Shown piece by piece: positions 30,732 through 32,000 of a stretch of DNA of 32,000 nt. The translations under genes and the position numbers were made by a program. Within the stretch, counting starts at the first letter, position 1, and each line of letters opens with the position of its first letter. Below the pieces are notes generated by a model. That model worked only from the letters and a program-made list of their open reading frames with translations, was not told the origin of the DNA and did no database searches. Origin of the DNA: Candidatus Thalassarchaeaceae archaeon (GTDB lineage Archaea > Thermoplasmatota > Poseidoniia > Poseidoniales > Thalassarchaeaceae); NCBI GenBank assembly GCA_045568075.1, contig JBJLBP010000001.1, positions 270,001 to 302,000 of the forward strand, read 5' to 3'.

Positions 30732-32000
30732 ATGATGGAATCTGCCAGATCCGCTTGGAATTCCCTCCCTCGTGGCCAGCGACGCCTGATCATCTCACTG
30801 GCAATAATGGTCGATGCCTGGGTCGGTCTTCGCTACGGTTTCGGCTCGCTTAATCTCCTTGACAAGATTCTGAGTGGCGGTATTCCGAATGACATGGTTT
30901 GGCTCCTTCAGATTGTCATCGCAATTTCGGGCGGATTTATGCTCATCAAGATCCTCTTCGACGATGTCCCCGAACATCCCATCCGCTCGATAGGAATCGC
31001 TTGTTCACCTCTCTTTCTTCTCTTCATAGTCTACTTGACTCTAGATATCCTGTTCAAAGGAATGTCTGATGATGCAATCATCACTCTCGATTTGATTTCT
31101 ATCAGTGTCGGCACACTGACATGGTCAACGACTTATCTGGCGATAGCAGTCGGCCTGACGTTGACATACAAGGTCCAGCGATACGGAAATTTCGCACAAT
31201 CTGAATTCTTCATGATTGGGATGTATCTGTCCATGGTTATGGTCTGGGTTGACCAATTCTACCCATTAGCCTCAGCACCACGTGATGGCGTTCTGGTCTG
31301 GTCATTGCTGCTATGGACTATCATCGGTGCCTTCGTTCTCACAGGAATCGCTGGAATCGTCATCGACCGTTTGGTCTACCGTGGTTTCCGCCAGAAAAAC
31401 GCCTCACCTCAAGTGATGATGATTGCCTCACTCGGTATCGCTCTAATCCTTCGCGCCTTGGTCTACTTACGATTCGGCGCGGGAAAGAAAATGTTCGAAC
31501 CAGACGCTGATTGGCGAGTCCCGTCCCTTCGTTGGGACATTCCCACTACCAAGTTGCGATTTTACCTTGGAGATCGCAGCATCGATGAGGGTTCTACGTA
31601 CACTCTGAATTCCTGCGATGCTGAGGGCGGAGAACGAATAGTCGTCGAAGGTAGCAAACCGCTCTTTGAGACATATGATTTGGCGACCAATTGTGTCGAT
31701 CAAGCGACGACCGGCTATGCTTACTACAAGGGAGCAATGCCGGCCGTGATTTTCATCTCGGTGATTCTACTTCTGATTCTCCTGAACAAGACAAGGCTCG
31801 GTCGCCGCATGCGTGCTGTGGCCGACAACCCCGACCTAGCCGCCTCTAGCGGCATTAACGTCGAGAACGTGCAGATGACTAGCGCTTTCCTTTCGGCTGG
31901 CCTCTCGGGTATGGGTGGAGCTATCTTTGCGATGACGCTGCGCTTCACACCAGAGACCGCTTTCAGTCTACTTCTCCCCTCATTCGCCGTCATTGTCCTC
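30732..32000 (+). CDS. livH: Branched-chain amino-acid (HAAT family) ABC transporter permease LivH-like, 3' end cut by window edge
   Basis: This ORF is not in the supplied track because it has no stop in the window. I translated it by hand from ATG 30732 to nt 32000 and found no stop. The motifs are AIAVGLTLTYKVQRYGNFAQSEFFMIGMY and NKTRLGRRMRAVADNPDLAASSGINVENV...LSAGLSGMGGA, which are LivH/BPD_transp_2 signatures. Confidence 0.85.
   Translation, partial: MMESARSAWNSLPRGQRRLIISLAIMVDAWVGLRYGFGSLNLLDKILSGGIPNDMVWLLQIVIAISGGFMLIKILFDDVPEHPIRSIGIACSPLFLLFIVYLTLDILFKGMSDDAIITLDLISISVGTLTWSTTYLAIAVGLTLTYKVQRYGNFAQSEFFMIGMYLSMVMVWVDQFYPLASAPRDGVLVWSLLLWTIIGAFVLTGIAGIVIDRLVYRGFRQKNASPQVMMIASLGIALILRALVYLRFGAGKKMFEPDADWRVPSLRWDIPTTKLRFYLGDRSIDEGSTYTLNSCDAEGGERIVVEGSKPLFETYDLATNCVDQATTGYAYYKGAMPAVIFISVILLLILLNKTRLGRRMRAVADNPDLAASSGINVENVQMTSAFLSAGLSGMGGAIFAMTLRFTPETAFSLLLPSFAVIVL

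Overview
This looks like an archaeal chromosomal window. It carries an archaeal-type L18e-L13-S9-RpoN operon followed by tRNA-Pro, plus Trm1 and two PAC2/Pba-type proteasome-chaperone paralogues. Many bacterial-type genes are mixed in: NAD-dependent LigA, RlmH, NfuA, MoaA, a PduO-type adenosyltransferase and a LivK/LivH ABC transporter. My guess is an uncultured marine euryarchaeon (MG-II/III-like), but I cannot verify that from sequence alone. I support 27 protein-coding genes (2 truncated by the window edges) and 2 tRNAs. I saw no rRNA, CRISPR array, cas genes, transposase or integrase. Coding density is high, with several 4-nt start/stop overlaps and two convergent gene overlaps. Five things are worth a second look. 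(1) A 2658-aa secreted, C-terminally membrane-anchored protein has about 30 Asp-rich DxDxDGxxD calcium-binding-type repeats and an embedded type-1 copper (cupredoxin) domain. It also has a long sequon-rich beta-module region and a DUF4129-like cytoplasmic tail. (2) A 1032-aa lipobox-bearing triple substrate-binding protein fuses an apparently circularly permuted PBP2 domain to two tandemly duplicated LivK-like domains. It sits upstream of an unusually extended LivH permease. (3) A stand-alone Cas4-like Fe-S nuclease converges on, and overlaps by 82 nt, a DEDDh exonuclease. (4) The bacterial-type LigA lies directly after the ribosomal-protein operon and has a PIP-box-like C-terminal tail. (5) Two translationally coupled gene pairs of unknown function are present. 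I did not recognise any known defence or mobile system. All functional calls are by-eye motif recognition and need HMM or structure searches.
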